A DNA stretch of 64,000 nt from Paecilomyces variotii (taxonomy: Eukaryota): assembly GCA_004022145.1 (NCBI GenBank), contig RCNU01000025.1. The stretch is one strand, 5' to 3'. Below are positions 43,701-57,030 of this stretch, piece by piece. Under the pieces are notes generated by a model. The model did not search any database, was not told where the DNA came from, and worked only from the letters and a program-made list of their open reading frames with translations. The translations under genes and the position numbers were made by a program. Position 1 is the stretch's first letter; the number at the start of each line of letters is the position of its first letter.

Positions 43701-45201
43701 TTTCTCTTTTTAAAAGAATCTTTCTTTTTTAGGCATAATTTAAATCTTTATATATAATCTTTTTTATTATAGTTAAAGCAGCAGCCTTTTTTTTAAATTA
43801 GTCTTATTCTACTAGTAATCTAAACTTCTTCTTTTAAGATTTATTTATTCCCTTATATTAATTATTAATCTCCTTTCTTTTTTATCTTAAGATAAAGTCT
43901 TTTAATATACTTTATATTAATCTATTTATATTTAGTATAATAAGAAAGTTTAAGAGTTTATTTTTCTTTTAATTTATTTCTTAATTAATAGCTAAAGATA
44001 TTAATTAATTAAGATTAATTAAGAGGTCTTAATAGTTTAATAAGTTTATTTAAACTTTAAGTTATAATTTTATATAGAAAATATAAGACTAAATAATCTT
44101 ATTATTATTAAATTCTTTATCTTAGTTTAGCTATATATAAGCTTATTTAAAATAGTATAGAAAAGCTTTAATAGTTTAATTTAAATATTAAATTAGAATA
44201 TAAAAGTAATTTATTATATTTTATCTTTAGTAATATAGATTATTAAGCAAATTTAATAATTAATCTTTAAATTTATTTTAGGTTAGTATTTAAAAGTTAA
44301 AATTCTCTTACTAGTAGATTTAAAATTAAGCTAATTCTCTATTTAATAAAGCTATAGTATAAATAACCTTCTTATCTTCTATTTTAAATAATAAAGCATT
44401 ATAGGCTAAATATTTATCTATATATTAATACTATTAGTAATAGGCATTAAGTATAATAGCTCTATACCTCTGCAGTTTAAATAGCTTAAGCCTTAATTAC
44501 TTATTAATATAAATAGCGGTAAAGAGCTATAAAAGGTCTCTCTTTATTAATAAATTATCTTCTATTTAGAATTAATCCCTCTTTAAACCTATTAAAATAT
44601 CTCTTAGAGTTTATAAGTTAGCTTTAATAATTAGTTATTGCGAGCTAAGTTTAATAATCTCTAAACCCTTTAAAGTATATACTATAGGCTAAAAGCTAAG
44701 ACCCTTATTCTCTAAGTTATAGGGTATATTAATATAATTATTTATATTACTAAGTTGAGCGATTTAAACTATAAGAAATAAAGATTTTTAAAAATTATAA
44801 ATAAATTACTCTACTAGTAATTATAGCAAGAGAAATAGCAGCTTTATATACTTAGCTTAGAGAAGAGTCTACTAGTAAAATAAAGGATTAACTATTATAA
44901 TAAAGGGTCTAACTAATATAAAGAAAGATTTATACTAGAAGATTTTAATAATAAGAGTCTATATAAATAAGGAAATAATAAAATATTTATTATATTAGAA
45001 TAAATCAGCTAGCCTTTAATAAAATAGTAATTTAAAGCCTATTTATATTTTAAACCTTAAGTACTTCTTAGCTTTATCTTATATAAATCTTAAAAGCAGG
45101 GAAAGCAAGGTTTAACTAATTACCTCAGTATTATATTTAGATTTAGGGCTTTACTATAGTCTTATAAGCTTATACTCTAATAAGAAGCTAGGGGTATAAT
45201 A
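37728..45201 (-). mobile_element. Ty3/Gypsy family D chromovirus (7.5 kb) with an extra ~1.8-kb 3' region; RIP-degraded
   Basis: 432-bp LTRs 37728-38159 and 44770-45201, with a reverse PPT at 38160-38180. Minus strand has RT YLDD ~42600, integrase ~40740-41200 and chromodomain ~40090-40240. No matching TSD. Confidence 0.88.
39000..39950 (+). pseudogene. RIP-degraded antisense ORF within Gypsy-D with a putative six-Cys (Zn2Cys6-like) motif
   Basis: Plus-strand frame de-RIPs to CLRCxK...C...KCxRC...KPCxPV (TAT codons at 39331, 39340, 39376, 39403, 39412, 39433) followed by an acidic, helical-looking region. Limits are approximate. Confidence 0.45.
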
Positions 45202-48015
45202 AATTATACTCTTTATTTATTATTATTAGCGTCTATATTAATAATTATTATTTCTCTTTTTTTATAATTAATTAATTTAAGTACTAAAGCTATTATTAAA
45301 GCTACTTCTAAAATATTTATTAATTTTTATTATTTTAATCTTTAAAAAAAGTCTTATCTCTTTTTTAATATTAAATATATTAGCTTAGCTTTAATAATAT
45401 ATTCTTTAATTTATATCTTATAGTAAGCTATAACTCTTAAAAATTTTTTTACTTTTCTTAAATTTTAATAAAATAGTTATTTTAAGATTTTAATTACTTT
45501 TATAGATTCTAAGTATCTTTTTTTTATATTATATATATATCTTACTATTTTAATCTCTAGAACTATAAATTATAACTTTTTCTTAATAATAATTAAATTA
45601 ATAAGTTTAAAACTATATAGTACTTTATTAATATTTTAAATATATTTAAATATAAATCTTTTAACTTTAAATAATACTTTCTCTTCTCTATAGTTAGTCT
45701 TAAGTCTTTATACTAGAGTATTATTTTAAAATATATTATAAATATTAGAGATATTATTTATAAATGCCTTTATAACTTTATATATAAATTCTAAGATTAT
45801 ATTAGTCTATTCTTATAATAGCTTAGCTTATTAAACTAAATTAATTCTAAGTATATAAAAAGCTATTAAATTACATAATTTTTCTGCTAATTTTAATTAA
45901 TTATATTTAGAGAATAAATCTATTAGTATTAATATTAATATTCTGCTAAACTTCTTTAAGAATTTATTAGCTAAAAAGAGTAAATTAATATCTTATATTA
46001 TTACTTAGTTAATCTCTATTATTATATTAATTAATTAATATTTATTATTTTTCTTCTTTATTAAGAACTATAAGTTTTTATAAAGCCTTTAACTTTATTT
46101 AAGAATTTTAGCCTTTATTCTTTTTTTTATTATTTTTTATATTATATTATAAAATGCCTTTAATATTAAAAATCTTTTTACTTATTATAGTTTATACTAT
46201 ATAGTTTAAATAATAACTAGAGATATAACTTTTAAATATATTTATTTAATCTCTTTAAAAGTCTATATAAGAGCTATTTCTTTAATAAAGAGTATTTTTA
46301 TTAATAATTTCTTTTCTCTTAGCTATAAGCCTTCTCTTATAATAAGATTCTTTAAGTATTTTAAGATTAACCTTATTTCTCTTTTTATATCTAATATTTT
46401 TAACTAGATATAATTAATAAATTCTCTCTATATTTCTTTTATACTCTTTTAAGAGTTTATATAATAATTTTCTTAGATAATTTTCTTTTATTTTAATAAT
46501 TTTTCTAGTATTATTATAAGTCTATTTATTATATTTATTAAATAAACTTTTTTATACTTTTTTTTATATTAAGTATTAATAATATATCTTACCCTTATAA
46601 TAAAAAGATTATATCTTTTAAATAGCTTATATTCTTATAAATCTCTCTTTTTTTCTTATAATTTAATAGGTTTAAATATTTTTATTCCTTTACTTTTAAT
46701 TCCCTTACTTAATTTAAAATTAATATTATTTATTAAGTATATTTTTTATAAGTTTTTTCCTTTCTTAATCTAGTATTTATTATTTTTTTCTAGTTTTAAT
46801 TTAATAACTCTTATATCTTTAATAAAAAGTCTTATAATATTTCTTTTTTTAACTTATTTCTTAAATTATTTATTAAAAATATTTAAATAATAGCTTAATT
46901 CTTTTAGTCTATAGAGTAAATTATATTCTTTATTATTTTATTTAATAAAGCAATATATTATAAATATACTTAATATTTAAAGAATTATTCTAGAATATAA
47001 TTATAATTAATCTTATTATTTATTATAAAGAAAAAGATTTTATAATAAAAAGATTTTACTTATATAAGTATATTTTTATAAAGGCTTATAAAAGAAGTTT
47101 AGCTATTATTTATTAATATTATATTATCTCTAAATTTTTAGCTTATAATAAGTTTATAGTAATTTATTATATCTTTATATATTATATTAATTTTAGCTTT
47201 ATTATTTATTATAATATTTTATATCTTCTTATAATTATTAATTTTAATTAGTAACTTTAAAGTTATAGCTATATAGTATTTTATCTTTATTAAGAGGCTT
47301 AAATTATAAGAATATATAAGTATTAAACTATACTTCTTTAATATTATAAAATATTACCTTAATTATTACTTAGTATAGTTATAAGGTAAATAAGGCTTTA
47401 TATAAATTAAGAGATAAGCTAATAAGGTCTTAGATTAATATTTAAACTTTAATATTTAATATTTAGTTTATAATCTCTATTATATTAATAGTTTCTTTTA
47501 ACTTATTTATAATTTTAAATCTCTTTAATTTTTATCTCTCTTTTATTTTAATAATCTTTTTATCTTTACTTTTTTTAAATATATCCTTTATTTTTTAATT
47601 AACTACTCTTATTTTTTTAGTTATACTTAGAGGCTAATAATTACTAAATTAGTTTATCTTAATTAAGAGAAATCTCTATTCTTCTTTAATTATCTTTTAT
47701 AATTTTTCCTTATATAATCTTTTAGTCTTATTTTACCTTTTTTTATCCTTTAAAGCTTATTTAATCTTATTATATTAATAAAGTAATAGTTTTTTATAAT
47801 ATCTTTAGTTTCTTTCTTAAAGCTTAAGTTATCTTTAAGCTATTCTAGTATAATTAACTAAATATTATATTTAATTAAGCTAATATTCTTTTATTCTTTT
47901 TTAAGTCTTTATTTAATAATCTCTTTCTATAATATATTTTCCTATATAAAATAAATAATTTCTTTATTTTACTTTTTTAGCTTAAAGTAAAGTTTATAAT
48001 TCTTTTTTTAATAAA
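45202..48015 (-). mobile_element. Internal fragment of a further Ty3/Gypsy (family E, same lineage as B): gag end, protease, RT, start of RNase H; no LTR
   Basis: De-RIPed minus strand: protease DxGAEINVM (~47180-47210) and DCILGRPF (~46985-47005), RT DLFSGYDQ (~45900) and FxDDxxVKGPK (~45710-45735), RNase H DAS (~45230). Confidence 0.8.
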
Positions 48016-48495
48016 TAAGAAGCATCCCTTGGTGAATATCATGAGCAGCCTGAGGAAGGCATTACAGGAAGGGTCCGCAAGTCTCCATGGACAGCCTCTC
48101 CCGGATCCATGATATGCTGACGTCAACACAGAAGCGAGTCAAAGAGACGGGGAAGAATGAAATGTCAGCCAGAAAGGGAACGGAATGCATCAGATGATGT
48201 TCTCGCGGCGTGAACGGTTTTGATTTGGCGTGCGCATGAGTCGTGACAAAGAACCGGCAGTCAGGTGGTTAGCCAGTTCATCTCGTAAATGCAGCTTTTC
48301 ATGACTTGTTTTTAAGATATCTGAGGCATCTGAGGGTTGTCGAGATTCAAGAGGTTTTTGCTCATACAATAGAGGCACGCCACGATCCGTAGTTTTTCAC
48401 AGATTTTGTCAATACACTTTTGCTGTTGGGCCAGCCTTCTTCGGTGTCGCGGCCAGGGAAAGCTCTGCATCGTTACTCCTCTCCTGAAGATATGA

Positions 48496-48933
48496 TCATG
48501 GCGCAGACAGACTTAATTGCAGCCAGGTGCTCGTGTCAATGCCAAAAGGGCGGTAAGAAGGCCATTGCTCTCGCTGCGGCGCTCCTGCATGGTTCTCCAA
48601 TTTGAGAGCGGCAACATGGTCGGTTTGGCCGGCTGGCATATCGAACATACGTATCAAGCTTTCAGCCCACTGCCTAGGTCGGCAGCGGTGCCGTCTGCAC
48701 TTCGAGCAGAGCAAGAACTTCCCCCCTAAGGCAAGCTTCTGCGTCGCTGAATAGTTCGAGGAGAGATCTTGAAGCGCCTGCAGGCATGATGCTCCCTCCA
48801 CTCGGGATGATTTCGGTACAACGTTTCGACATCGCTTTCCATCCTCTCCCACCCAGATACAATCTTCACGGTGTAAGGGATCACCGATCACTTGGCCCAA
48901 GAGCCGAAAGACGTTGTCTGGACTGATATTCAT
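48496..48933 (-). CDS. Hypothetical fungal protein with a Cys/His-rich N-terminal motif (C-x-x-x-G-x-x-G-x-R-C-R-N ... LC...H); possibly longer or degenerate
   Basis: ORF in normal-GC DNA with ATG at 48933. The motif pattern resembles uncharacterised ascomycete proteins (recollection, not searched). Confidence 0.45.
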   Translation of the reverse strand: MNISPDNVFRLLGQVIGDPLHREDCIWVGEDGKRCRNVVPKSSRVEGASCLQALQDLSSNYSATQKLALGGKFLLCSKCRRHRCRPRQWAESLIRMFDMPAGQTDHVAALKLENHAGAPQREQWPSYRPFGIDTSTWLQLSLSAP

Positions 48934-49462
48934 GGCCGGCAAATGAAGATGGAAAGAACAGCTATGCTGTGACGATTGCGATGGAGGCCTTTAAGAGATA
49001 TCAAAAGCATTTAGCAAAGCATGCGTCCCACTTTATATACAAAACGAAGATGATCCCTCACCTCACTTGACATGCAGTGGGGCTTGCCATTCGATGACCT
49101 GACAGGGCTCAGGGCAAATGCACGGCTGCGAAGCGGGGGCCGGTGGCTCCTGGAGTATATGATTCCGTTCCCAGGGATGGCTTGGTGACTCCCGGGGTCT
49201 CTTGGTACGCTCCTGCGAGCACTGCTCATCCTAGGACCTGCCATCATTGACGCTGGGAACTGCCATCATTGATACTGGGAACTAGGAAAGCAGAAGTTCA
49301 ACTCGGTCAACTCCCCAATACTACCGTTCGTTACCAAGAGCAAGAACTATAAATGCCTGGTTGTGGCTCAACTTCAACTTCGTTTTTTGTTTCATCAACG
49401 TTGTACACGACACTCTATCTCGCCTCCTTCTCATTCGCACATTCTATTCACTTAACTGTCGT

Positions 49463-50098
49463 AATGCCTCAATCTCTACTCCTATGGGACGCGTTCACGA
49501 TCTGTGAAGTGCTGGACAAAGAAAACAGGACATGCTGTGGTCTTACCAAGCGAGGAACGATGGAAGCATCACATTCCAAATGTGCGACAGAAACCTCGAA
49601 GAGCTCGTATGCTCTCTCTCAAATCGGGCTGTCGATGACGCTTTCATGCTGGAAAAGAAGTACAGACGCCACATACGAGCCTTCTCGGAGAGAAGTGAGT
49701 TTTTCCCGTATCCCAAGATTGAACGACCTTACCTGACACCGATAAATTTGGCGAAAGATGATCCTATTATGTCGCAAGCGGAATGTCAATTATGCGAAGA
49801 TATCATCAGTCTCTCCCAGAAAACCGCCATGTTTTTCCAACTAGTCAAATTTGACGAGCTGCGACATGATAAACTACAACGATGCGTTTTATTGCTGAAA
49901 CGCAGTCTTTCCTGGTTGGAGGATCTTCTGCTAAAGACACATACAACCTGGAGACCACCTGAAGAAATAATACCAGGGCTCAAGTTACGTCATGACATCA
50001 GCGAGAATACAGCTTGGTTAATTTGGGCTCTAAATGCCAACCTGATCAACTTTGAAAAACTATTGAGCTCGGAAACTTATGAAGTACTCGAATGTTAG
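49463..50098 (+). CDS. Hypothetical protein, probably frameshifted or spliced (MPQSLLLWDA...TCCGLTKRG, then a 188-aa frame)
   Basis: Two overlapping ORFs (49353-49736 and 49532-50098) that look like parts of one gene. No recognisable domain. Confidence 0.35.
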
Positions 50099-52237
50099 CT
50101 ATGTACTGAACTGTTTTCAATTTATTGCAGTCTAATTCAAATTTCAGGGTTTAGTTACTTGCTCCAGATCTGTGGCAAAAGGGCTACCTAATAGTTACTT
50201 GGTTGATTGCGTAAGACTTGATTTTTCTTTGGCGCTTGCATATTGACTCGAACTGCTGTTCGACCTTTCTGCTTTGGGGTAGGGGGAGGGGGGCGGGTGA
50301 TGGCGCAAAAGAGTTGCTAAGCAGGTGATAAAGCCTTGTTGCTGCTATGAAAAAGGGAAAGAAGGCATGGAGCGTGTGTATGGCAGTTTCCTGTAAAGTA
50401 TAATCGTATGAGAAAAATACGGTACCTATTTATAAGTTCTCTGGGCCAAAGAGACACCTTGCAAATGATCACTAGCACACATCGCACAAGAGGAGAAAGA
50501 GAAAGAGGGTCTCTCAGCAGGTCATTAATTACTTGGCACAAGGTGGCCTTCCCACATGATTTACAGGGATCTACCATAGAAATCCATAAATTTCTATGGG
50601 CTTTCTTCTCATACGCGTAATGTAATCTTATGTCATACACTACTGTAATATACACGGCGCATTTTACTGAGCCTCTCAGTTTAATGCGGCTCGCTCAATA
50701 AATTGTCTGCGCTAAGGTCTTGGCGGTGGGGCCGGGAAAGAGTATCTCAATGTTTGTTGGTCAAGGCGATTTCGAGAATGGCTGTAAAGGCTCGAATAAA
50801 GTTAGGGTATTTGACTGAATTGTGAGAGATCCCAGAGGTGACTAGTGGGGTCCCCTGAACTTCGGGAGGTAAACGGAAAATGAGTAAAGTTTTGACGTGG
50901 AGATCGATATCGATGCCCGGGCCTGGAACACGAAAATGTGCTACTCCAGGTAGCTGACAGCCTAGGTGCTATTTTGTCTCCTGGCCTTGGAAACCCACCG
51001 TTCAACTAGGTACGACAGTTCAACAGGCTGAGAGCCAGCCAGAGACCCGCCAAAGACTGAAACACGCCAGGAAAATTCACCAGAACTGACAGGGATTCAT
51101 GACCATTGAAAATCGGTATACAGCCGCCAGCTTCTTTGCTGCCTGATGGAATTCTGAAGCCAAAAACAGCCACACCATAATTCGTTCATTCACTGGCACT
51201 GCTTATTTATCGGTGATGAATTCTGACGGCGCGAAATGGAACGAACGCAAACATTGGTCAGAACATGTTGTGGATCACCATCATCCAATTACGCATTCCA
51301 GCGTCGGTCAACATCACATGACAATGGGGCTTGGCTACGGGTCTAAACCAGCCGCAGTGGTGAGGGTCTCCCTTCCGAAGAGCTGCGTCTTCCCTCTTAC
51401 CTCTTGTTTACGTTTATCATTCTTCCAACATCTGCAAAATGGACCTTGATAATCTTGCGAAGCAAAGTTAGGGCGTCGAGATGTCGGGGCCAGCATCCAA
51501 TATTGTGCTTGAGTCGGGGTGGTTGCCTAGCTAGAACGAGCACTGCGCCACGCGAATTCCTCTGTTTTGCTGACCGGTGATGAAGATGAAGAAAGGCCTC
51601 GACTCTTTCATAAACAGAGAAGTTTATCTGAGAGTTCTTGCACAAAAGTGTTTCTAAATGACGAGGTATTTAAACGGAGTGATTAAACGGGCCGGTGGTT
51701 AAACGGTGAGGCTACTTACACCATATGCGAAATGACAATTAAGATCGATTATCTCGCAGGCCAGACTTTCTTGGGCTATTTAGACGGTTCCGACAGGATT
51801 ATACTTGCTTCCGTATCTTGAGCTTATTTGCTACTGAGAATGTGAAAGTTCCTGGGAACATGGAATAATTTGCTAAAACCAAGAGAAACGTAAAAGAATC
51901 GGACCGAAGTTGGGAATTACCAGGTGCCGAGTCGTTTTGGTCTAGACTTGGTAAGGGATATTATTGATTACCGCGCTCGCTTTACTGCCAAGAACAGGGG
52001 ACCGCAAGCCAAATAACTAGAAAACCATATCACGTTTAAGAGTGTACGATTTATGCTATTCCCTCAAAGCAAGTCCCGCATCTCAATAAAGGTAGCCTTA
52101 TGTCGCTTTTGTTTGATGTGAGAGAGAATTTGGGGAGTGTTTATGAAGTGGCTCTTTTGGCGGCTGGTGGGGTTGTGGTGGTAGGAGCTAAACCTGATAA
52201 GTATAGCACCGTCGCCGAAGCTTACAGATTTCTGAGC

Positions 52238-52714
52238 CCGCGTGCTATTACCATACCTCTACTCTCTTTCCAGTAACCAAGATTGCACCTGGTCCCTTGC
52301 AGAATCGATGTGGCCCTTCGCTATGCGAACGTTTTGAGTAGCTTGGCTCTGCGCAATATGTCGGACTTCCGGGTTGCCTTTTCACGCCTATAAGCATAGC
52401 ATTCAGATGCGAAGCAGGGATTTGCACTTACTGTTATATATGTCGAGCTGCTCGACTATGTGTATGTACCATAACAGTTCGTCTGATGCTCTATCGAGCT
52501 CGAAGGCAGTCTCGATGAGATTTGGCCACTTCACAGTAGCAATAGTGCCGTCCCGAAAACCTTTGATAACTGCAGTCATACCGGCGCGTTTTATAACGGA
52601 ATTTTGGGTCACAAGGTCGCGAAGTTCGTTTTCAACAGGGCTAAGCTGATGGTAACATGCTAACGGGAGGCAAATTGAATGCAAAAGGTAAAGGTAGAAG
52701 CGGTGTACAGACAT
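52238..52714 (-). CDS. Hypothetical protein, possible two-exon gene
   Basis: ORF from ATG ~52714 followed by a gtaagt...tag intron-like segment (~52431-52388) and a short second exon. No recognisable domain; limits uncertain. Confidence 0.3.
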
Positions 52715-53599
52715 TTTGTTGAAATTTTCTTTCCGTGATTGAGACAGGGAACAGCGTTTTGGAATATAAAACAAATTCTCCAACGCACGGACGACTCTTA
52801 TAGGTCCCGAAGTGACCGATGGACTTAGGCTCGCACGCCTCGGCGCGTGCATCATGGGTCTTTTGTGCATGAAAATAGGCTTAGGGGGACGATGTGACGA
52901 AATTGGTTTTATTAACATAGAGATTCGTTTGGACAGCATCTGGGTGACAACCGGTGATGATGGGTGGCTTGGTATGCCCGAGTCGGACCCAATTCAATCG
53001 GTACGACCATTAGGTATTGTTTTGAAACATACTCGTTCTAGTGATACTAGAGGGGAAAATCTATCGATACAAATACGAGTGGCTGTGCCGGATATCCTGT
53101 GGCTGTGTAAGAAGCAGGTTCGATATGACAAACTAATACCATATTTTCAGTACAATATAAATTACAATACTACGGACCCTTGTTCCCTATCTACTAAACT
53201 CTCTTTCTATCGCGGGGTCCCATCTACAAGAGGTTAAAATTCTTCTACAATGGCCCGTTTTATTCAATACATGAATACGGCTGATATATTCGAATTAGAA
53301 CAGTATTTGAGAGAGCTACCGCATATGCTTATATCTGATCTATTTCACTACTAATACTGTTATATCAAATCAGGTTTTTTTTAGGAGCTTATATTTTGTC
53401 TATAAATCAACGACTATGCAAGCAAAATATCGTTTATTAGGGAAGAAGCCGAAGCTAAGCCTGAAAACCACACGTGTTTCTGGAATTGGTATATACTTCT
53501 CCATATAGGTTCATTTCTTTTCTCCCAGAAAGCTTGCTGTAACGTTAATTGAACTAGAGGATTGTGAATAACAATCTAGAACAGGTCATAATGTCTTAA

Positions 53600-56500
53600 G
53601 GCACTGCGGTAGTGAATTTTTTTACTGCATATATATTTAACTTAACTATAATGAGCCCAGAAGCGGGAAGGTAAAAGCCAATTATCTATATAACTACCCT
53701 CATTTTAGAGACTACTGTTTATAAGCAAGGCCCTATATACTCTTATAAATTATAACCAAGTCAAATATAACTAGGGACCCATTAAATACTAACTGGACTT
53801 TTTAGAATAATATTCCTAAAAAACAATTAATAGTCCTATAAAATAAAGGCATTAGCTTATTTAAGTCTGCTTCCTATATTATAACCTTAAATTAAGTAAG
53901 ACTATTAATAAGAAATTCTCTATTAATAAGTCCTAATTTATTGACTGTAACTATTTAATATATTTTAAAAATAAGTTATATAAAAAGGGCTTATTAAAAA
54001 ATGCAGTATAGAAAAGAGACTTTTTTTAAAAAGGCTTTTAAATACTCTATATAATATAATACTAATATTCAGCTTATTATATAGATAAAAAAGACTGGCT
54101 AGGTCTTTATTTTAACTTTAAGTATAAAAGGTTGGCCGCTCTTTATAAAAGAGCTAGTATATTAATCTTATAAATACTTTTTAATGCCTATATATTAGCT
54201 ATTAACTAACTAAGGTTTTAAACTACCCACTATTAATTTAAAAAATAATAGATAAATTTGCCAGGCAATATAAGAAATAGAGTATCTTTATTAATAAAGC
54301 TAATATCTTTAGTTTAGATAATAACAGCATTTAAAGCGTCGCAGAGATCAGTAATATAAATAGCCTAATATTATAATTTTTAAGATATAAGATCTATAGT
54401 AGAAAGTGCGTGCGAGACTTATTAAAGGAGAATTTACACCTTAGCAGATTATAGCAGATTATAATATGAATTTTTTCTTAGCCTGCTGTAATAGCTAAGT
54501 CAGATTTACAATAGATTATAATCTATAGTTCCTTAGGGAACTTATAGAGTTGCCTATATAGCATAGGGCATACTTACCAGGGCCCTTAATTTAATTGCAT
54601 TAGGGGAATGTGTAGTATTTTAATCATTAAAGCCAGGTAAGCATGCACAAGACTTTAAGGATTCTTAGGAGGTTAATAACTTCCAGGACCGCTATCAGGT
54701 CCCTTAGGAGCATATTATTAAGGCCCTAGGAATATAGGTTACCTTCTTAGGAGTAATAAGTCTTCTAGAAGCGGGCAGGCCTTTTGCTAGGGGTTGGTTA
54801 ACCTATACTTAGGGTAATAAGGGCCCTCTTAGGTTATTAGGTAAATACCCCTACTATATATGCTATACTCTTAGATCTATTTAATATAAGTGCTTCTCAA
54901 GTGGTTTATTTCATCAGACATGGCGAAGATCCACTAAAGATGGTCTTTTGTTTAATGTTAGTGAATACAGTCTATTAGTTGTGGATTTATAATTATTAAT
55001 CTTCTTTCTAGATTTATCTATAGATACAGACTCTATAATACGCAACCTAAAAAGATTAACATTTCCCTATGGTTGCGATGCTTCTTAGAGAGAAAAGGGC
55101 TAAAGCTCCTAAGCGTCTACGGGCCTGTCCCTATATTTCTACTTTAAATAGTCAGAGCATATAATTAAAGCACGGGATACTGCTTATTAAACATAACTCT
55201 AGTGTCTGAATTAACTTCAGAAATGCATAACCTCCCGACCTATAATGTGTGTAGTACTAACCGCATTTATAGCAAAATCTTTGCTACTCAGATTATAGAG
55301 CCTATATATTAGGCTTACTATAGGGAGAATTTACTAAATAAATTTTAGGATTTACTAAGGCTTCAAAATTAGGGATTAATAGAATCTAGCCTTAGTAAAT
55401 TTAAAACAACAGAATTTTTTACAGCATATAAGGGGTACCTTTAATAGCATTTAGTATTGCTCCTTATATTCTTATATAAGTAAGGCTGGTTCAGCCTCTA
55501 GCTTTTTCAGATATTTAAAATGCTATTTTCTTATCAGTCAGAGAGGCTTAAGCGGTTTTCTTTACTTAAGGGGCTCTCAGACTGCTTTAAGGTTTCCCTA
55601 AAATAATATTATTTAACTATACTTAGAGTTCTTTTAAAAAATAAATTGCAAATATAATTCTATAGCAATTTTTAAAAATCTCTAAGCCTTAATAATTAAT
55701 AATTATCTTTAATAGTCTATTTCTTGTGTATAATAATTTATTATACTTATATAGTTATAGCTTGCTAAATAGGATTCTATATTAATATACTGCTTATTAT
55801 AATAATATTATATATATACTGTAATATTTTAATTATAAGCTAAATAACTATAAGATTTTCTTTAAAAATATTAGCATCGGCAAGATTATTAGAGAATTTA
55901 GCCTTAACAATACTTAGGCTATAGAAATGCTTTAGAGATTTAATTATATTCCTAAGCCCAGCAAGATAGTTATCTATATAACTCTCTTCCTTATAGAATA
56001 ATAAACTTCCGGCTTCTAATTAACTTTTTTATTTTTATTATGATTTAGGCGTATTTATTATAGTTAGATTTAGATATAGGCGGCCTTTTATAGAAGAAAT
56101 CTCTAGATCTTTTAAAACGCTCTTTCTTTAATTTATACTAAATTACCTATAGTTATGCTAGCCGCTTTAGCTAATATAATCTTCCTTAAAGATATTAAAG
56201 ACTCTTATTATTCTAGGTCTATCTAGGCTAATTATAAAGAGAGTATTACTGACTTAAAAGGAAGGATAAAATATAATCTCCTTAGGGTAATTAAGATAGT
56301 TATCAGCGGTTAGTATATCCTTATAATAGATATTAGGCGAAATAGATTAAAAAAGCTAGCTAATATTTAATGCTAAGGATATTATATTAAATTAAAAAGT
56401 ATCGAAATAAATATTAAGAATATAACCTATTAAAATTCTTTATCCCGCGCTTTTCTTATAGTACATTATTCTTTAAACTATAATAACCTCCTTCTTAAGT

Positions 56501-57030
56501 TTCTTTTAAGGCAATGAGTTGCTCTGCTATAATAATAATCTAAGTATTAAAGCTAATTAAAGAGCTTTTTTATAGCAAATTTAGTATTAGCTACTAAAAG
56601 TTTTAATAATCTAATATAACTATAATAAATAAGAGGATATATAAATAGAGGGGAGTTAAAGTAGATAGAATATATATAAAAAACTGCAAATAAGGTATCT
56701 ATAGGGATATTTATATTTCAGGCTATATTATCTCCTTATACCCATCTTATTATAAAGTAAAATATTAATAGATTAATATAGCTTTTAGCTTTATAGTTAA
56801 AACAATATAGTGGTTAGACTATATATTTTATCAGTATAGCTCCTTAATCTTTTATTATAGCTAATTAAAAAGCTGTTTAATCTTATAATAGATTAACTAG
56901 AGGAAGTGTTCCTAGGAGCACTAGCATAATATAGACTATGTAGCAGGCTTCTTACTTGGAAGTTTACTTGGGCCAATAGTTTTTGTCTCCACTTTGTATA
57001 GCAAAGCATATTAATGCAGTTGAGGTCTAA
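53600..57030 (-). pseudogene. RIP-degraded gene-like sequence, not recognisably transposon-derived
   Basis: TpA-rich, CpA/TpG-depleted block. Long codon-like minus-strand frames (~55740-56460, ~54100-54420) are interrupted by TAA/TAG. I found no RT, integrase or DDE motif. Confidence 0.4.

Noticed and set aside
45202-48015. Possible RIPed Starship captain (DUF3435) at the compartment boundary
   Set aside because: De-RIPed translation gives Gypsy protease, RT and RNase H motifs. No tyrosine recombinase is visible anywhere in the window.
50317-51645. Short ORFs of 67-112 aa
   Set aside because: Mostly non-ATG starts, with no motifs or supporting splice structure; not supportable as genes.
52812-53553. 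Plus-strand frame continuing through several TAA/TAG stops (possible lightly RIPed gene)
   Set aside because: No recognisable domain and it overlaps an opposite-strand candidate; too weak to call without a homology search.
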